From the NCBI GenBank assembly GCA_907165135.1, contig OU015570.1, positions 1,943,929-2,007,928 of the forward strand: a stretch of DNA of 64,000 nucleotides, read 5' to 3'. A program made the position numbers and the translations under genes. Below the pieces are notes generated by a model. That model searched no databases and was not told the DNA's origin. It saw nothing but the letters and a program-made list of their open reading frames with translations. The stretch is from Oikopleura dioica. Taxonomy: Eukaryota > Animalia > Chordata. This document shows positions 13,410 through 26,123 of this stretch, piece after piece. Each line of letters opens with the position of its first letter. The first letter of the stretch is position 1.

Positions 13410-15009
13410 CAGGGGTGGATATTTTGATTTCAAAAAGTTTTTCCATTTTTCTAAAAGGCGGGATTCCAGTTTTTCCATTTTGCCGAAATCGGAATGAAGA
13501 CGAATCCCATTTTGGAATCCTATTTTTTCAAATGGAAAAAAGGAATAATTTTTCATTCCGAATTCCGAATTTGATAGGGCAACGAAAAAATCCAGATTTG
13601 AAAAATGGAATAAGGAATGATTCCATTTTCCGTTTTTCATTTTAAACTTATTGATTGCGAATACTTAGCGCTCGAGAACCCCTTACCTCGGCAGAACTCA
13701 AATAAATAAAAATAACAAGGATCTAAAAAATAAACCATAAGAATTGTTCAACAAGAACCAATTTGATTTTTATAAAGAATGGGTGAGGGCGGGGTTGGGG
13801 AAAGAAGCCATTTTTCCGAACATATAAGGTGAATGTTCGCTGCCTTTGTCAAGCCCATTTAAAATTTAAAGCCAGGGAAGGGGGGGAAACGGCCCTTCGG
13901 GCCGTCAAGCCCATTTAAAATTTAAAGCCAGGGAAGGGGGGGAAACGGCCCTTCGGGCCGTCAAGCCCATTTAAAATTTAAAGCCAGGGAAGGGGGGGAA
14001 ACGGCCCTTCGGGCCGTCAAGCCCATTTAAAATTTAAAGCCAGGGAAGGGGGGGAAACGGCCCTTCGGGCCGTCAAGCCCATTTAAAATTTAAAGCCAGG
14101 GAAGGGGGGGAAACGGCCCTTCGGGCCGTCAAGCCCATTTAAAATTTAAAGCCAGGGAAGGGGGGGAAACGGCCCTTCGGGCCGTCAAGCCCATTTAAAA
14201 TTTAAAGCCAGGGAAGGGGGGGAAACGGCCCTTCGGGCCGTCAAGCCCATTTAAAATTTAAAGCCAGGGAAGGGGAAACGGCCCTTCGGGCCGTCAAGCC
14301 CATTTAAAATTTAAAGCCAGGGAAGGGGAAACGGCCCTTCGGGCCGTCAAGCCCATTTAAAATTTAAAGCCAGGGAAGGGGAAACGGCCCTTCGGGCCGT
14401 CAAGCCCATTTAAAATTTAAAGCCAGGGAAGGGGAAACGGCCATTCGGGCCGTCAAGCCCATTTAAAATTTAAAGCCAGGGAAGGGGAAACGAACCTTCG
14501 GGCCGTCAAGCCCATTTAAAATTTAAAGCCAGGGAAGGGGAAACGGCCCTTCGGGCCGTCAAGCCCATTTAAAATTTAAAGCCAGGGAAGGGGAAACGGC
14601 CCTTCGGGCCGTCAAGCCCATTTAAAATTTAAAGCCAGGGAAGGGGAAACGGCCCTTCGGGCCGTCAAGCCCATTTAAAATTTAAAGCCAGGGAAGGGGA
14701 AACGGCCCTTCAGTACTTGAAAATCCCATGTTTCGCCAATTTTGCAGATCAGAGTTTTAAAATGAAATAACTGAAATTAAAAAATGGAATAACTGGAATC
14801 CCATTTTCCAAAAATACATATTTCTCACTGTGGAATAACTGGAATCCCAAAAAAATGGAAATCCCATATTCCGAAAATGAGCAGACCGTTTTTTGGGAAA
14901 AGTGGAAAATGGAATAATTTCTCATTCCAAAATGGAAAAAATGGAAAAACTGGAATTCCATCCCTCCGAAAAATGGAAAAACATTTTGAAATCAAATTAT
15001 CCATCCCTG
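13410..15009. mobile_element. hAT-type non-autonomous element carrying a minisatellite
   Basis: TIR CAGGG(G/A)TGGATA(T/A)TTTGATTTCAAAA; 8-bp TSD TTTCACAC at 13402-13409 and 15010-15017; TGGAAT/ATTCCA subterminal repeats. Confidence 0.9.
13848..14711. repeat. Hairpin minisatellite, 16 units (7 x 56 bp, then 9 x 53 bp with the last partial)
   Basis: Unit GTCAAGCCCATTTAAAATTTAAAGCCAGGGAAG(4 or 7)AAACGGCCCTTCGGGCC. Confidence 0.95.
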
Positions 15010-15049
15010 TTTCACACGCTGCGCTCCTGCTTATGTCTTTTCTCGAGGG

Positions 15050-15757
15050 AGTTTAGTTCTCTGCACTGAAGATGGTCCTTGACCGAAATCGATATGCAAA
15101 ATAAAAATCTTCACTTCATTATTGAAAAACATCAGTACCGATCCAGGTTCGGTTTGTGTGCCCTGGTCATTCATTTCGATTTTCGTTTCAGGCATCTTCG
15201 TGGAGATTGTGTGAAGGCCCGTTTGGTCCATTTCAAGCTCCGATTCTAGCACTCTGTCGACGTTTTCATAGGTTGCTGTGTACAATAGAAGGAGAGAAAA
15301 CCCCATTTTTGAGAGAGTGTGAAAAAGAGATGAATATTTGAAAATGTAAAAATACCCTCAAAATTGTACCCGAATAATCATTGAAAATTTTTATGACAGC
15401 CCCATAAAACGATACAAAATCCCTGTGAATGATGACAATTATAGAGTTAACTTCTCAATACACGGGGTCGGTAAAACCGACCACGGCGGCTTTGGCCCTC
15501 ACTTGCTTCAAAAAGGGTAATCCACTTTATTTATTTAAAAATTCACTAAAAATTACACTAAAAATTCGAAATTATTGTTTATCTCTAGAACACTGGAGAG
15601 CATCAGTTATTTTTTCTCAAGGAATACTAGTTCGTCCTCAATTCCGAGACGGTAGGTAGTTATGTTTGGGTTACTTTTTCAGATAGTTTAGTTCTCTGCA
15701 CTGAAGATAGTCCTTGACCGTAATCGATCTGCAAAATAAAAATCTTCACTTCATTTA
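15050..15757. repeat. Direct repeat of about 73 bp (15050-15122 and 15685-15757)
   Basis: AGTTTAGTTCTCTGCACTGAAGAT...CTTCACTTCATT present twice with few mismatches. Confidence 0.8.
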
Positions 15758-15970
15758 TCAACTCGATGTCAATTTTTCAATAATATTCATGACGTGCGGG
15801 AGTCAAGTCCCGTTTCTCTTGCTCAACAGATGAATGATCTCATGGCCTTTATTCCAAAATGGCCATTCAGTTACAACGAAACCTTGCCGATTGGCACATG
15901 GACTGGGATTTATGGGGAAATGAGCCTCATTGGCTATCAAAAGCTCACCAGAAGAGCGACTACTATAAGG

Positions 15971-18163
15971 GAGGACCGACATTTTAATCACTTTGACATA
16001 TTAATCACTTCTGCACTTTAATCACTTTTGCATTTTAATCACTTACGTTGACAGTGATTAAAATGCAAAAGTGATTAAAATGCGGAAGTGATTAAAATGT
16101 TGTTTTCAGAACATAATTCTTAGAAAGTGATTAAAATGCTAGAGTGATTAAAATGTCGGTATTTTTTTCAAAGATGCAAACAACGACGCCTGAAAAATTT
16201 TCGACGACCCCCCTCCTATAGAATTTTTTTTTTGAAAAAATTTTTTAAGTCGAATCAGGAACATAAACCCAACGCAAATGCAAAAAATAAAACAAAACTC
16301 GGACCGAAATTTTGATCAAGCCATTTGATTTGAATACTTTATAGATAGTCTCGGTTTAAAGCGTCCAATAAACTTCTTCGGAATAGTCAGTAGTCGGTGC
16401 CAGCAATGTTTGAAATGCTCGAAAATGCTTGCGAGCGCGAAGAGCGAGAGCGAAAATTTATCAAATGAGAGCAATGCTCTCAGAGCAGGGGAGCGGGAGC
16501 ATGAAAATGAAGTTGGCTCGAGAGCCAAAAGAGCGTGAGCCCCAATTTGAAACCGCTCGCGAGCGAAGAGAGCACGAGGGGTTGTGTCGGCAATGCTAGG
16601 GAGCTAGACGAGCGGGACTGGCTGCTCTCATGCTCGCCATGGATTTGACCCGCGAGCAGCTCGCGAGCAAAATTAACAGAATATTTTTTTCGCATTATTT
16701 TTCATTTTCATAGATTAATTACCTTGCAGTTCACTTTTTCGATTTTTTTCGTTTTGTGGAAGCTTCATTAGGTCCGTTATCACGGCAGCAGAATGCAAAA
16801 GGCCAGGAGCAGGGTTTGAAAAGTCTGAACATGCTCAGCGTGCTCAAGCTCAATGAAATTCCAACGTGTCGTGCTCAGTCGTGCTCAAGCTCAGTTGAAT
16901 TGAGCACTCGCGAGCTCAGCTGTGCTCATGCTCACGAAAGTCTGAGATTCGCGCTCAAGTGCTCTTAGGACGTCTGAGCACTTATTTACTTTCAATAGCT
17001 TGATCTTGGATCAATTGGTCTACTTAGGGTTCCGCACGATCGGAGGACCCAAATTTCAAAAACCAAAATCAACTATAAGAAATTTTGAAGTTTAAATGAA
17101 ATTGAGGTTTTCGACAATGGCGAAGAAAATGACAATACTTATATTCTGATAACTCTACAAATTCGCCGATTTATCTCGGTTTTTCCGGTATATTTCTGTC
17201 GCACACGTTCAGTCGCCCTCCCATTAGAAAGAACACCAAAAAATAGTAGTTTTTGCTTTTAAATGAAATTATAACTCAGCGAACTTTGTGTGTGCTGATC
17301 AATTAAAGTTTTCAAAAGCATTATCATTTTCATTTCCCACGCGCTGATTGGTTGAATTTCTGACTGTGTTATTCAGATGGAAGAATCTTCAGTCTAGAAA
17401 AAAACGCTTGCGCAGCTGACCAATCAGAGCGCGTAAGCCTTTTAAACTTTATATTTTTAAATAACTTTAAAATGACTGAAGAAATGGCTTTGGGGAGAAA
17501 CGAGGATCGGAAATGGATTCTACTAGTCATTTTGAGTAGAAATTAAAAATTTTTGTAAAAATAATGTCTCTGTCCCAATCGTGCGGAACCCTAGGTCTAC
17601 TTTCCGACCTAGAAGTTAGGATGTGGGGTCCTTTCGGTCCTCAAAAAACAGATCCGTGGTCTGCAAGTTTGATCATGTTGTCTTCTTACGAAATTTGCAT
17701 AAAAAAGACCAAAAATTATTTTTTTTTTCAAAAGCGGACAACCTTAATTCTATAGTCTGTAGTTTAAAGGACCCTAATGATTTATTAGTACTAATCAATC
17801 TTAGCTAGAGTCTATTGGTTAAGTTCAAATTTCGGCTCGAGTTTTATTTTTGGTTTTGGTTTTCCGTTGGGTTTATGTTCCTGACCCGACTAAAAACAAT
17901 TTTCAAAAAAATGTTTCCAGGAGGGGGATCGTCGAAAATTTTTCAGGCGTCGTTGTTTGCATCTTTGAAAAAAATACCGACATTTTAATCATTCTAGCAT
18001 TTTAATCACTTTCGAAGAATTATGTTCTGAAAACAACATTTTAATCACTTCCGCATTTTAATCACTTGCATTTTAATCACTGTCAACGTAAGTGATTAAA
18101 ATGCAAAAGTGATTAAAGTGCAGAAGTGATTAAAATGTCAAAGTGATTAAAATGTCGGTCCTC
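15971..18163. mobile_element. Mutator/Foldback-like element with TIRs of about 340 bp
   Basis: Termini GAGGACCGAC...GTCGGTCCTC; 9-bp TSD ACTATAAGG at 15962-15970 and 18164-18172; TIRs built of TTTTAATCACT repeats. Confidence 0.92.
17025..17593. mobile_element. Nested hAT-type MITE
   Basis: TIR TAGGGTTCCGCACGAT; 8-bp TSD GGTCTACT at 17017-17024 and 17594-17601. Confidence 0.9.
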
Positions 18164-18743
18164 ACTATAAGGCGCCCTAGCAAAAACAATCCGCCGCTGG
18201 GATTGTTGACGATTGTGGGCAGATTTCTGCTTACGGGAGACAGCGAAAGAATAGGCCTTTTCATGAAGTTACAGTTTCGAGAATCTACCCCAGTACATTT
18301 TGTTATGATATCTAGCGATATGGAGGGCTATGAGCAGCAAAATTCATTCGAGGCAATTTGGTCGAGTGACCGGTGACAACGGGGTTTTGAAGAGCTCGCG
18401 ATCGGGACCAAAATTGACGCGCCAAGGAGGCAAGAAAGGACTATGCCTCCCCCAAGTGGTCAAAGAGAATACAATCATCGTCGATCCCGGGGAGGGAGAT
18501 ATCGTCATCAGGGCAATCGAGGCCAAAGTTTTTGTCAAAACCAAAACAGACGGAGAGGCCGTTGGACTCGAACTTATCCGGAAACATGGAGACCATGACG
18601 GGGAGATACTAATGGTCATGATTTTTGGCTTCATTTTCATTATTTCTTGCTGGATTGTTGGACTAGACTATATATGGAAAGGTCCCTGCTTTATATGGTT
18701 ACAACAGTCACATATGGACCATATCATCATATTCATCTAAGGA

Positions 18744-19306
18744 TCATTTTATTTCATTACGAGAAACCCAAAGAAGCACATGATCACCCCTAAAATCACG
18801 TGACAAGGGTTGATTCAACATACTTTTGCCTGTAGAAAAAAAGTGCCAAAAGGTTACCTCGTAATTTTCCAGCATATAATACAGAAAATCAAGCGCTTTC
18901 AAGTGATAGTCATATGATCTTGTGGTCTCGTGAGGAAAAAATTCTAGAGCCGATTTTCTGTCAAAATCCTTCACTTTTGGCCAAGAGGGGTTTTCGAATC
19001 CCGACGATGACATTTTTTTTTCAAACCATTTTTTCCAAATAAAATGATCAACACTGATCATGTGATCGAGCGTGAGTCTTTTTTTGTCCTCCGGAGGACT
19101 TTTCTGGTAGAAGAGTGCTCCTGGAAGAAGAAAATTTTCAAGAAATTTCTAATTTTAAGGGGCTTGAAATTATCATCATAAAAAGTTATCGAGAAAAAAC
19201 TGTAATCCTCAAGAGAAAATTGAGATTTAGTAGTGGAAAACAACGTTGTATAAATTTCCAATAATGGAATAAAATGTTCCTTGTGATGTGTTATATACAT
19301 AAACAT
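18744..19306 (-). CDS. Two abutting ORFs of unknown function
   Basis: ORFs 19058-19306 and 18744-19061; no motif recognised. Confidence 0.25.
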
Positions 19307-19688
19307 CGATTTTGAATGGTTTTTTAAACGTTAAATTTTGCTCATTATTTCACCATTCACCCCCTAACCATATGATATGGTTGGAATCATTTGTTCGATC
19401 TTTTGCTCGCTGCTTGTGGTTTATCCTTGGAATTGACAGTCGAAATGGTTATTTTCCGTGGATTTTACGTTATCGCATGGCTTGGCATTACTCTTTATTT
19501 TGCTGTAAAGTTGACGTTGGTAATGAATTGAATCGTATAATTTATTTACGACATGTTTCGGAGGGTAAGCTCCATCATCAGGATTAAACTTTGAGTAACA
19601 AAAGAACGAAGAAATTGAACTTACATTGACAGGGACGGGAGTCCAAGTGATGATATAGAGGAAATTAAGCAGAGGTACAGCGAAAATC

Positions 19689-19808
19689 TAGAAAGAGAGT
19701 GCGCGCGCTTTTCTCGAAAAGTATAATCGCATATCTGGGGGAAATGAGTCAGTAGGCTCCAAATCTGCGATTATACTTTTCGAGAAAAGTGCGCGCACTC
19801 TCTTTCTA
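19689..19808. repeat. 120-bp foldback insertion in gag
   Basis: Arms of about 43 bp: TAGAAAGAGAGTGCGCGC...TATAATCGCA and its reverse complement. Confidence 0.8.
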
Positions 19809-19929
19809 AGCTGGAATCAGAGCAAACAGTTTTCGAGCGATCTGTCGTAAACTTCGTGACCAATGTGAGCTGTATTGTGACAGTAGAGCGGATTTTCGGA
19901 ATTTTCGGCTCCGGCCAAATGAGTATCTA

Positions 19930-20580
19930 ATGGTTGGTTTTAGGCGACTTCTGAAGATTCTAGCTGGACTTAATTACAATGAAATCTCTGTGGAGAATAT
20001 GCGCTCTCTCTTGAATGAGGGTGTGCAGAAAATGCTCACAAATAGCGCGTATGCCATGTGGGAGACGCTCTGGCTTTCAAGAAATTCGACTAAAGACTTG
20101 AGCTCAAATTTGCAAATCATGCGCCAAGTTGCGAAATCAAGAAATCAGAATTGCTATGTGCTCGCCAGCGAGGTCCAAGAGAAGGAGTTCGATATGTGTG
20201 CGATGAAGGGTAGAGTGGTTTGTCATTTTTGTGAAATGGGTCATTACTTGAGCGACTGTCCTAGATTGCAGAGTTTAGCGGGTCTTGAGGGACGAGTTCA
20301 GCAACTTGAGACGAACGTTAGTGACATTCAGTCGGAAATGAAGACAGGATTAAGTTCCATTCTAGAGCAACTTAAGATAGGGCAAGCGAATATGTCGCAC
20401 GGATCTCAGAATCAGGGTTCCAGCAAATCCCAAGGTAGTCAGCAGGGACAAAACAAGCAGCGTAATAAGAACGCCAAAGTCAACTGGTGCGCCTCCGCGT
20501 TATTGGCCACAGCAATGCCCTCTCCAACTATGACTAGGAAAGCCCCCGTCTCCAGAAATCCATCTTTTAAGCACGCCTGA
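19930..20580 (+). CDS. gag: gag C-terminal part with CCHC zinc knuckle
   Basis: CHFCEMGHYLSDC matches CX2CX4HX4C; followed by coiled-coil and Q/N-rich segments. Confidence 0.85.
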   Translation: MVGFRRLLKILAGLNYNEISVENMRSLLNEGVQKMLTNSAYAMWETLWLSRNSTKDLSSNLQIMRQVAKSRNQNCYVLASEVQEKEFDMCAMKGRVVCHFCEMGHYLSDCPRLQSLAGLEGRVQQLETNVSDIQSEMKTGLSSILEQLKIGQANMSHGSQNQGSSKSQGSQQGQNKQRNKNAKVNWCASALLATAMPSPTMTRKAPVSRNPSFKHA

Positions 20581-20614
20581 ACTCTTACCCCAGATCAAGT
20601 GTCCTTTAAAGAAT

Positions 20615-23600
20615 GTGGAACTTACCAGCCTTCTTGACATCGGTTGTTATTTGGTGATGTTGTCACGGTCTGTAGCCAACAAACTTTCTTTCTATCTTAA
20701 TCCGTCCAAAGTGGCTGTTCGAGCGGCTTCGGGCGATTTTCTTAAAATTTCCGGCGAAACTACTGTATCTCTTCTGATCGGAACTCGGGTTTTCAGACTT
20801 GAGGTTGTAGTAGCCGATCTGAATTACGATATTGTACTTCCGGCAACAGCTTTTGGTCATTTTCAGATAGATAACGACCGAATGGTTGCTATTTTGGATG
20901 GTGAGGTAGTTCCGCTAGTACAGAAAGGTGGTCACGTTGAGGTCAATCTGATCGAAACAGTGGTTCTAGCGCCTTTTGAGTCTTTAGTCGTAGCTGGAAA
21001 GTGCTCACTTGATTCTAGAGCCCAAGGAATAGTAGCCATAGAGAGGTCTTCTTCTTGATTTTGCCCGAAAATGATATCGAAGTGGCCGAGAGCGTCGTCG
21101 ATGCTTCCAAAGAAGTCCAACGTGATGCTCGTTAACAATAACCCTTTCAAAGTCGAGGTTCAAGAGGCGGCAAAAATTGCTGACGGACATAGGCTCGAGC
21201 CTACTAAGAATGAATTTGAGTCAGATGAGTAAGTTGCCATCCAAGAGCACCCAGATCTAGAGTTAGAAGCACGTGCGGCTGCCGAGCTCCGTAAGAAGCG
21301 GTTTAACCCATCATCGTCTGAAGTCTATAAAGAGGTCGAGAAAGGGGCGTGGCTTGATAAGACGGAGTCTGAAGGATTTCGCGATCTTATGGGCATCCAC
21401 CGTGTTGTATTTTAAATATCTTATGAAGATGTTGGCACTATTAATCAGTACGCTCATGCTATCCGATGGAAGGATGAGGCAAAGGTCGTGTGCTCTTAAC
21501 CTAAAAATTTCTGGTATAATAAGCAAATCGGAGAAGAACATTTACATATCTGTCACAGATATCAGTTCGGCTTATTCGCAGCTTCTTCTCATCAAGGATT
21601 CGAGGAAGAAAGTGGCTTTCTCTTTCGGCCCAGATCAATACACGGCAAAGAGAGTACTGTTTGGGCTCGCCAATGCACCATCCTCGTTTTTGCTTCTGAT
21701 GCGAAACGTGCTCAATGGGATTGAGAACATGTTCTGTCTAATTGACGACATCATTGATCTTAGTCACAGCTATCAGGAGCACATGCTCGCTCTGAAGGAG
21801 ATTTTCACGCGGCTCATAACTGTTGGTATCACTCTGGCTCCCGCAAAGACGCGAATTTGCTGCGAGGAATTTGAGTACCTCGGGTACGTGATTTCACGTC
21901 GGGGTTTGCGGCCAATAAAAAGCAAGCTTGATGCGATCATACAGTTTCCGGCACCGAAATGGCGACGAGAGGTTCGACGCTTTTGCGGCCTTTGCGTTTT
22001 TTACTCGAAGCATTTGCCCAACATCATGATGACTCTTAATCCCTTGCATAAGATGTGCTCGAATACGGCGGAGAAATTCCAGTAGAGGGTCGTTCATCAA
22101 GAGGCGTTCGAAAAAGCGTAGGAGATCCTCAAAAACGCGGTTGAGCTTGTTTATGTCGATGATTCCCTCGATCTTGTTTTAAAAACGGACGCTTGTTACC
22201 AGGGCATTTCCGGAGCCTTGCACCAAAGACAGAAAGATGGAATTCTTGTTCCGTTTGGCTTTTACTCAAGGCGGCTTTTACCGGGTGAGCAGAGGTTGAG
22301 CAGTAGATATAAGGAGTTTTTGGCTAGAATTCTTCGAGAGCTATACTTTTGCGCGCATGGTGTACTGTATGACTGATCACGCCTTTCTGGTTGGTGTTTT
22401 AGAACAGAAGCGTTTACGTGAGAGTTTGCCTGTAAGGGTGCTCAATTTATTCGGTCGTATCACACGGTTTGACGTTCGCGCCATCAAGCACGAGAGGAAT
22501 GACCATCCGGGGATAGTGGCGGTAGACGCATTATCGCGAAGCTTCCCTGTAGCTAGTTTCTCTGACTTCGATGAGTCGGATGATCACGCGGTTTGTCACT
22601 CCTTGGAAGCCACACTCGGTCCTAAAACGCAAGTCTGCTCTATCTTACAGTGCAAGCGGTACAATTTGCGTTCAAATATTGGTGAAGAGTCAGAAGATAC
22701 GGTTTTTGTGGTTGATGGATTGCCTTACTCGTTCGAGATGCTCAAGAAAGCGCAAGACAACGATTCCTTTGTCGCCAATGAGATCGCCAGAGGCGCGGCT
22801 TTCAGACACGAAAATGGCCTGTATTACAGTCGAGATTACCTGATAAAGCCCTTGCTGCTTCTTCCAGAAGATATTGCACACTCGGTCGCATCTATCCTTC
22901 AACAGAAGATGCAACATCCTGAAAGTAAGGCCCTTGCCTCGATGTTTACGCGATACTTTCGAACGCGTAACATTACTGAAGTGGCAGTTGCTATTTGCTT
23001 TGAATGTACAGTCTGTATTCAGAGCAAACCTAGACCGCCCTTAAAATCCTGCGATCGTCCAGCGCCTAATATTGGGGTCTTCCCTTGGAGCTATGTTTAT
23101 CTTGATCTAGCGGACATGGGCAGCTGCGACAGTAACGGAAATAGATACATTATCGCTTTGTTTTGCGGTCTTACTCATTTCCTCATTGCTCGTCCCCTAA
23201 AATCAAAGTCAGCTGAAGATGTAGCACACGCGCTGAGCGTCTTACTTCTGAGTCAGAATATCGTCAACGCGAGGTTGATTACTGATAATGACCAATCGTT
23301 TAAGGCTGTTACACCACTGTTACAGAAGTATCATATTTCTGTCGGATTCATTTCCCCACTGCATCCCCCAGGAAATCGAATTGAACGTGCTTGGCGGGAT
23401 TTAAAAGTAAAGGCCCTAATATTGTCGCTGTCACGTGACAGTTGGAGTTATGAACTACAGTATTAACTGTTTCTTATAAATAACTCTCAAAGCTAATCTT
23501 TGGATGGCCTCACGCCTTTTGAGGCTCTCATAGGCCGGCTACTTCCACTTCCCCTATTTAAAGCCAGTAACAATAAGGACATTCAGGTTTATGACCCCTT

Positions 23601-23922
23601 AAGCTGGTACTCGTTCATAACCGGCTGGTTGAGAAATCTAGGGCAGGAGTTGAGTGCGCGTCAAGTCGACAAGTACATTCGTAGTGAGGCTCCTTTACAT
23701 AAGGGTATCAAGCTCGAGGTGGGTCACAACGTGTACTTTTGGAAGCCGCAACGTGAAGGCACATCCAAGAAGCTATTTGTCCATTGGGAGGGGCGAGGAA
23801 AAGTTGCAGAGAGGTTGCAGGCCGGGGCTTATCGCATAAAGACCACAAAGGGAAGAACAATAGTACGGAATATTCGGTACTTACGTCCCTATAATCCAGA
23901 GTCTGAGCCCGCGCTAGAGTAA
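20615..23922 (+). pseudogene. pol: pol (PR, RT, RNase H, IN) with stops and frameshifts
   Basis: LLDIG (protease), TDISSAYSQ...RVLFGLANAPSSF...LIDDII (RT), KTDAC (RNase H), HxxxxHP...CxxC, YLDLAD, LITDN, GNRIERAW (IN), HWEGRG (GPY/F-like). Confidence 0.9.
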
Positions 23923-24990
23923 TTTCCTCCCTAAAAGATCTTTTTTTTATGTAAATACAGTCATTTTTTTTCATTTTTTTTCCTTACTGTAACTAATCCT
24001 TTTACTTAAGGGGTGACGCGCGAAATGGCTCGACTTGGATTGCTGATCGGTTGGCTTGCCTTGGTTGTAACAGCTCAGGAGATCGAGATTCTTGATGTTG
24101 GCCTCCTGTTGGAATCAACGGGAAAAGTATATATAACGGACCGTTAGCGTGTACATAGGTTCAGGGTTATTCGGACGAGTCCAACAGAAGCCTATCAGAA
24201 CCTTACGTTCGAGGCTTGTTGATAAGAGCACTGTATTGAACTTGCAGGGGGAGATAGAAAGGCGCAAAAAAAATGTGCAGATTGGAGTTTCGAGACCGCC
24301 AAACTTTTACACAGGACCTTAGAATCTGCTTACAATGCTCGTTTAGAGGAAATTCTAGCTGAAGCAACGGCGCTTAAGAGTCCAACGAGGCGAGATCTAA
24401 GGACCGGAGCTTCACTAGTCTAAGGGTTAGTAAAGGTCGGACTTGAGACCGCCAATGCATATAAGATACGACAGGTGAAAGAAATATCACTGAGAAATAA
24501 GGATAATATTCAGAAGCTTCAGGAGAGTCTCCTTGAGACCAAAGAAAGTATCCATATCCGAATAAATCAGCTTTACCATTTCGCGAGATCCATAGACCGA
24601 CGGCTCTGCGAAACACGAAGGGAAATTCGGCATGAACTTGCCCAGAAAGAAGTATCTACCCTTGTTCGCAAGTATCACGATCAGTTAGAATCTGAGACAG
24701 CTGATTTATTAAAAGGGTCCTTGCCATCTACTGTGGAGTATCTTGCACCTTATCGCACAAGTTGCCTTGCAAGTTGCTCTGCCCTGTCTGAATCAGATTG
24801 TCAGGATTATTGCGTCAATATCCTGAGGATACTCAACCCAAACTAGCTGGTATCGATATTGTAGATGGGCATGTCCATATTTTATTTTCTATAAGTTTTA
24901 ACGACGTTCTTAGTACGAGTTCCCCTAGGTATTCGGTGCGTAGTTTCGGAATGATCCGCCCTGGCGATTTTTGGTTGAATCAGCTTAATC

Positions 24991-25512
24991 GGATACCCTC
25001 GGTTCGCCGGGATATCCTCGGTTCGCCGGGATTCGGGCCAAAAAGTCCCGGCGAACCGAGGATGGTGAAAATAGTTCTAGAAAATTTCAAAAAAATTGGT
25101 CTTGGACGAGCCTGTTATCGTTCACTATATATAAATTTATGCAAGGGTAAGGGGCACTGGAAAAAATGACAGAACAATGTCACCCGAGGGGGATAGGCTA
25201 GGGTTAGTTAGGGTGACTGAAGGTAACCCTAAGTAACCCTAGACTAGACCCCGGCATTTTAGGACCTAATGGGCGCAGCCCCCAGGTAAGGGACACTTGG
25301 ATTCGATAACTTCTTTTTTACCATTTTTTATGTCTACCTTGTACTTTGTGAAGGGCTGGGCATAAATGACAACATTCCCAAACGGCAAATTCAACAAAAA
25401 ATTAGCGTTCAAGAGACATGGAAATGCTCATCCTCGGTTCGCCGGGATTTGGGCCAAGAAGTCCAGGCGAACCGAGGATGAGGGGAAAATTCCGGCGAAC
25501 CGAGGGTCATCC
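24991..25512. mobile_element. Mutator-like MITE in env
   Basis: TIR GGAT(G)ACCCTCGGTTCGCCGG; 9-bp TSD AGCTTA(A/T)TC at 24982-24990 and 25513-25521. Confidence 0.85.
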
Positions 25513-26123
25513 AGCTTATTCGCCCTCAGGTGGCTCACTTTATTGCAATTACAGGTGGAATTGTCATGGATGTTGAGCGGGCGTTTTGCCAAGAAATCGG
25601 GGAAAGGATGAATTTATGTCCTGAAGACACTCTGATTTGGACTTGTCTAAATAAACCAGAATCTTGCCAAGTTTTCGTGTTCAACACGACGGACACTTGC
25701 GCATTTGCGGTGGCAACCAACGGAATTGCTCTTTATTCGAGCTCCACTGCAACTTTTCGAGAAAGGGTCGGACGCATCGGGAATCAGGGTAGAACAACTC
25801 AGTTCGAAGGATTTAAATTTATTGAGAGCTCAGTAAAAAGGGGCGAGGTACTGTGTCCGAGAGAGGAGCAAGAGGTTCAGATTATAAGTGTGAAAAAGGC
25901 TCAGCAAGTGGTTGAACACAACGTTGATAATCAAGCGCCACTTGAGAGGCACACTTTTAATTTTTCAGAAATTGACGAGCCCCGTTTTGACTTCAAGGAG
26001 TCGGTTGATATTCACTCCGTCATTGAGGATGACTTGGACAGCATTGAGTTTGAATCGCGTCTAATTGCTGTCGTTATTGGGGTCACTCTCCTTGCCCTTA
26101 TTTTCATCGTAGTCGTATATGCA

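Larger units (their letters stand above)
15794..18376 (+). pseudogene. ORF interrupted by the foldback element; frame restored on removal
   Basis: ...KLTRRATTIR joins RPSKNNPPLGLL... in frame once 15971-18163 and one TSD are removed; followed by ORF 18330-18740 with a hydrophobic C-terminus. Confidence 0.5.

Noticed and set aside
13888-13905. C(UUCG)G tetraloop or intrinsic terminator
   Set aside because: Pairing gives a 7-bp stem with a 3-nt TTC loop and there is no U tract.
13848-14711. CRISPR-like appearance of the hairpin array
   Set aside because: Units are near-identical with no unique spacers; eukaryotic context and no cas genes.
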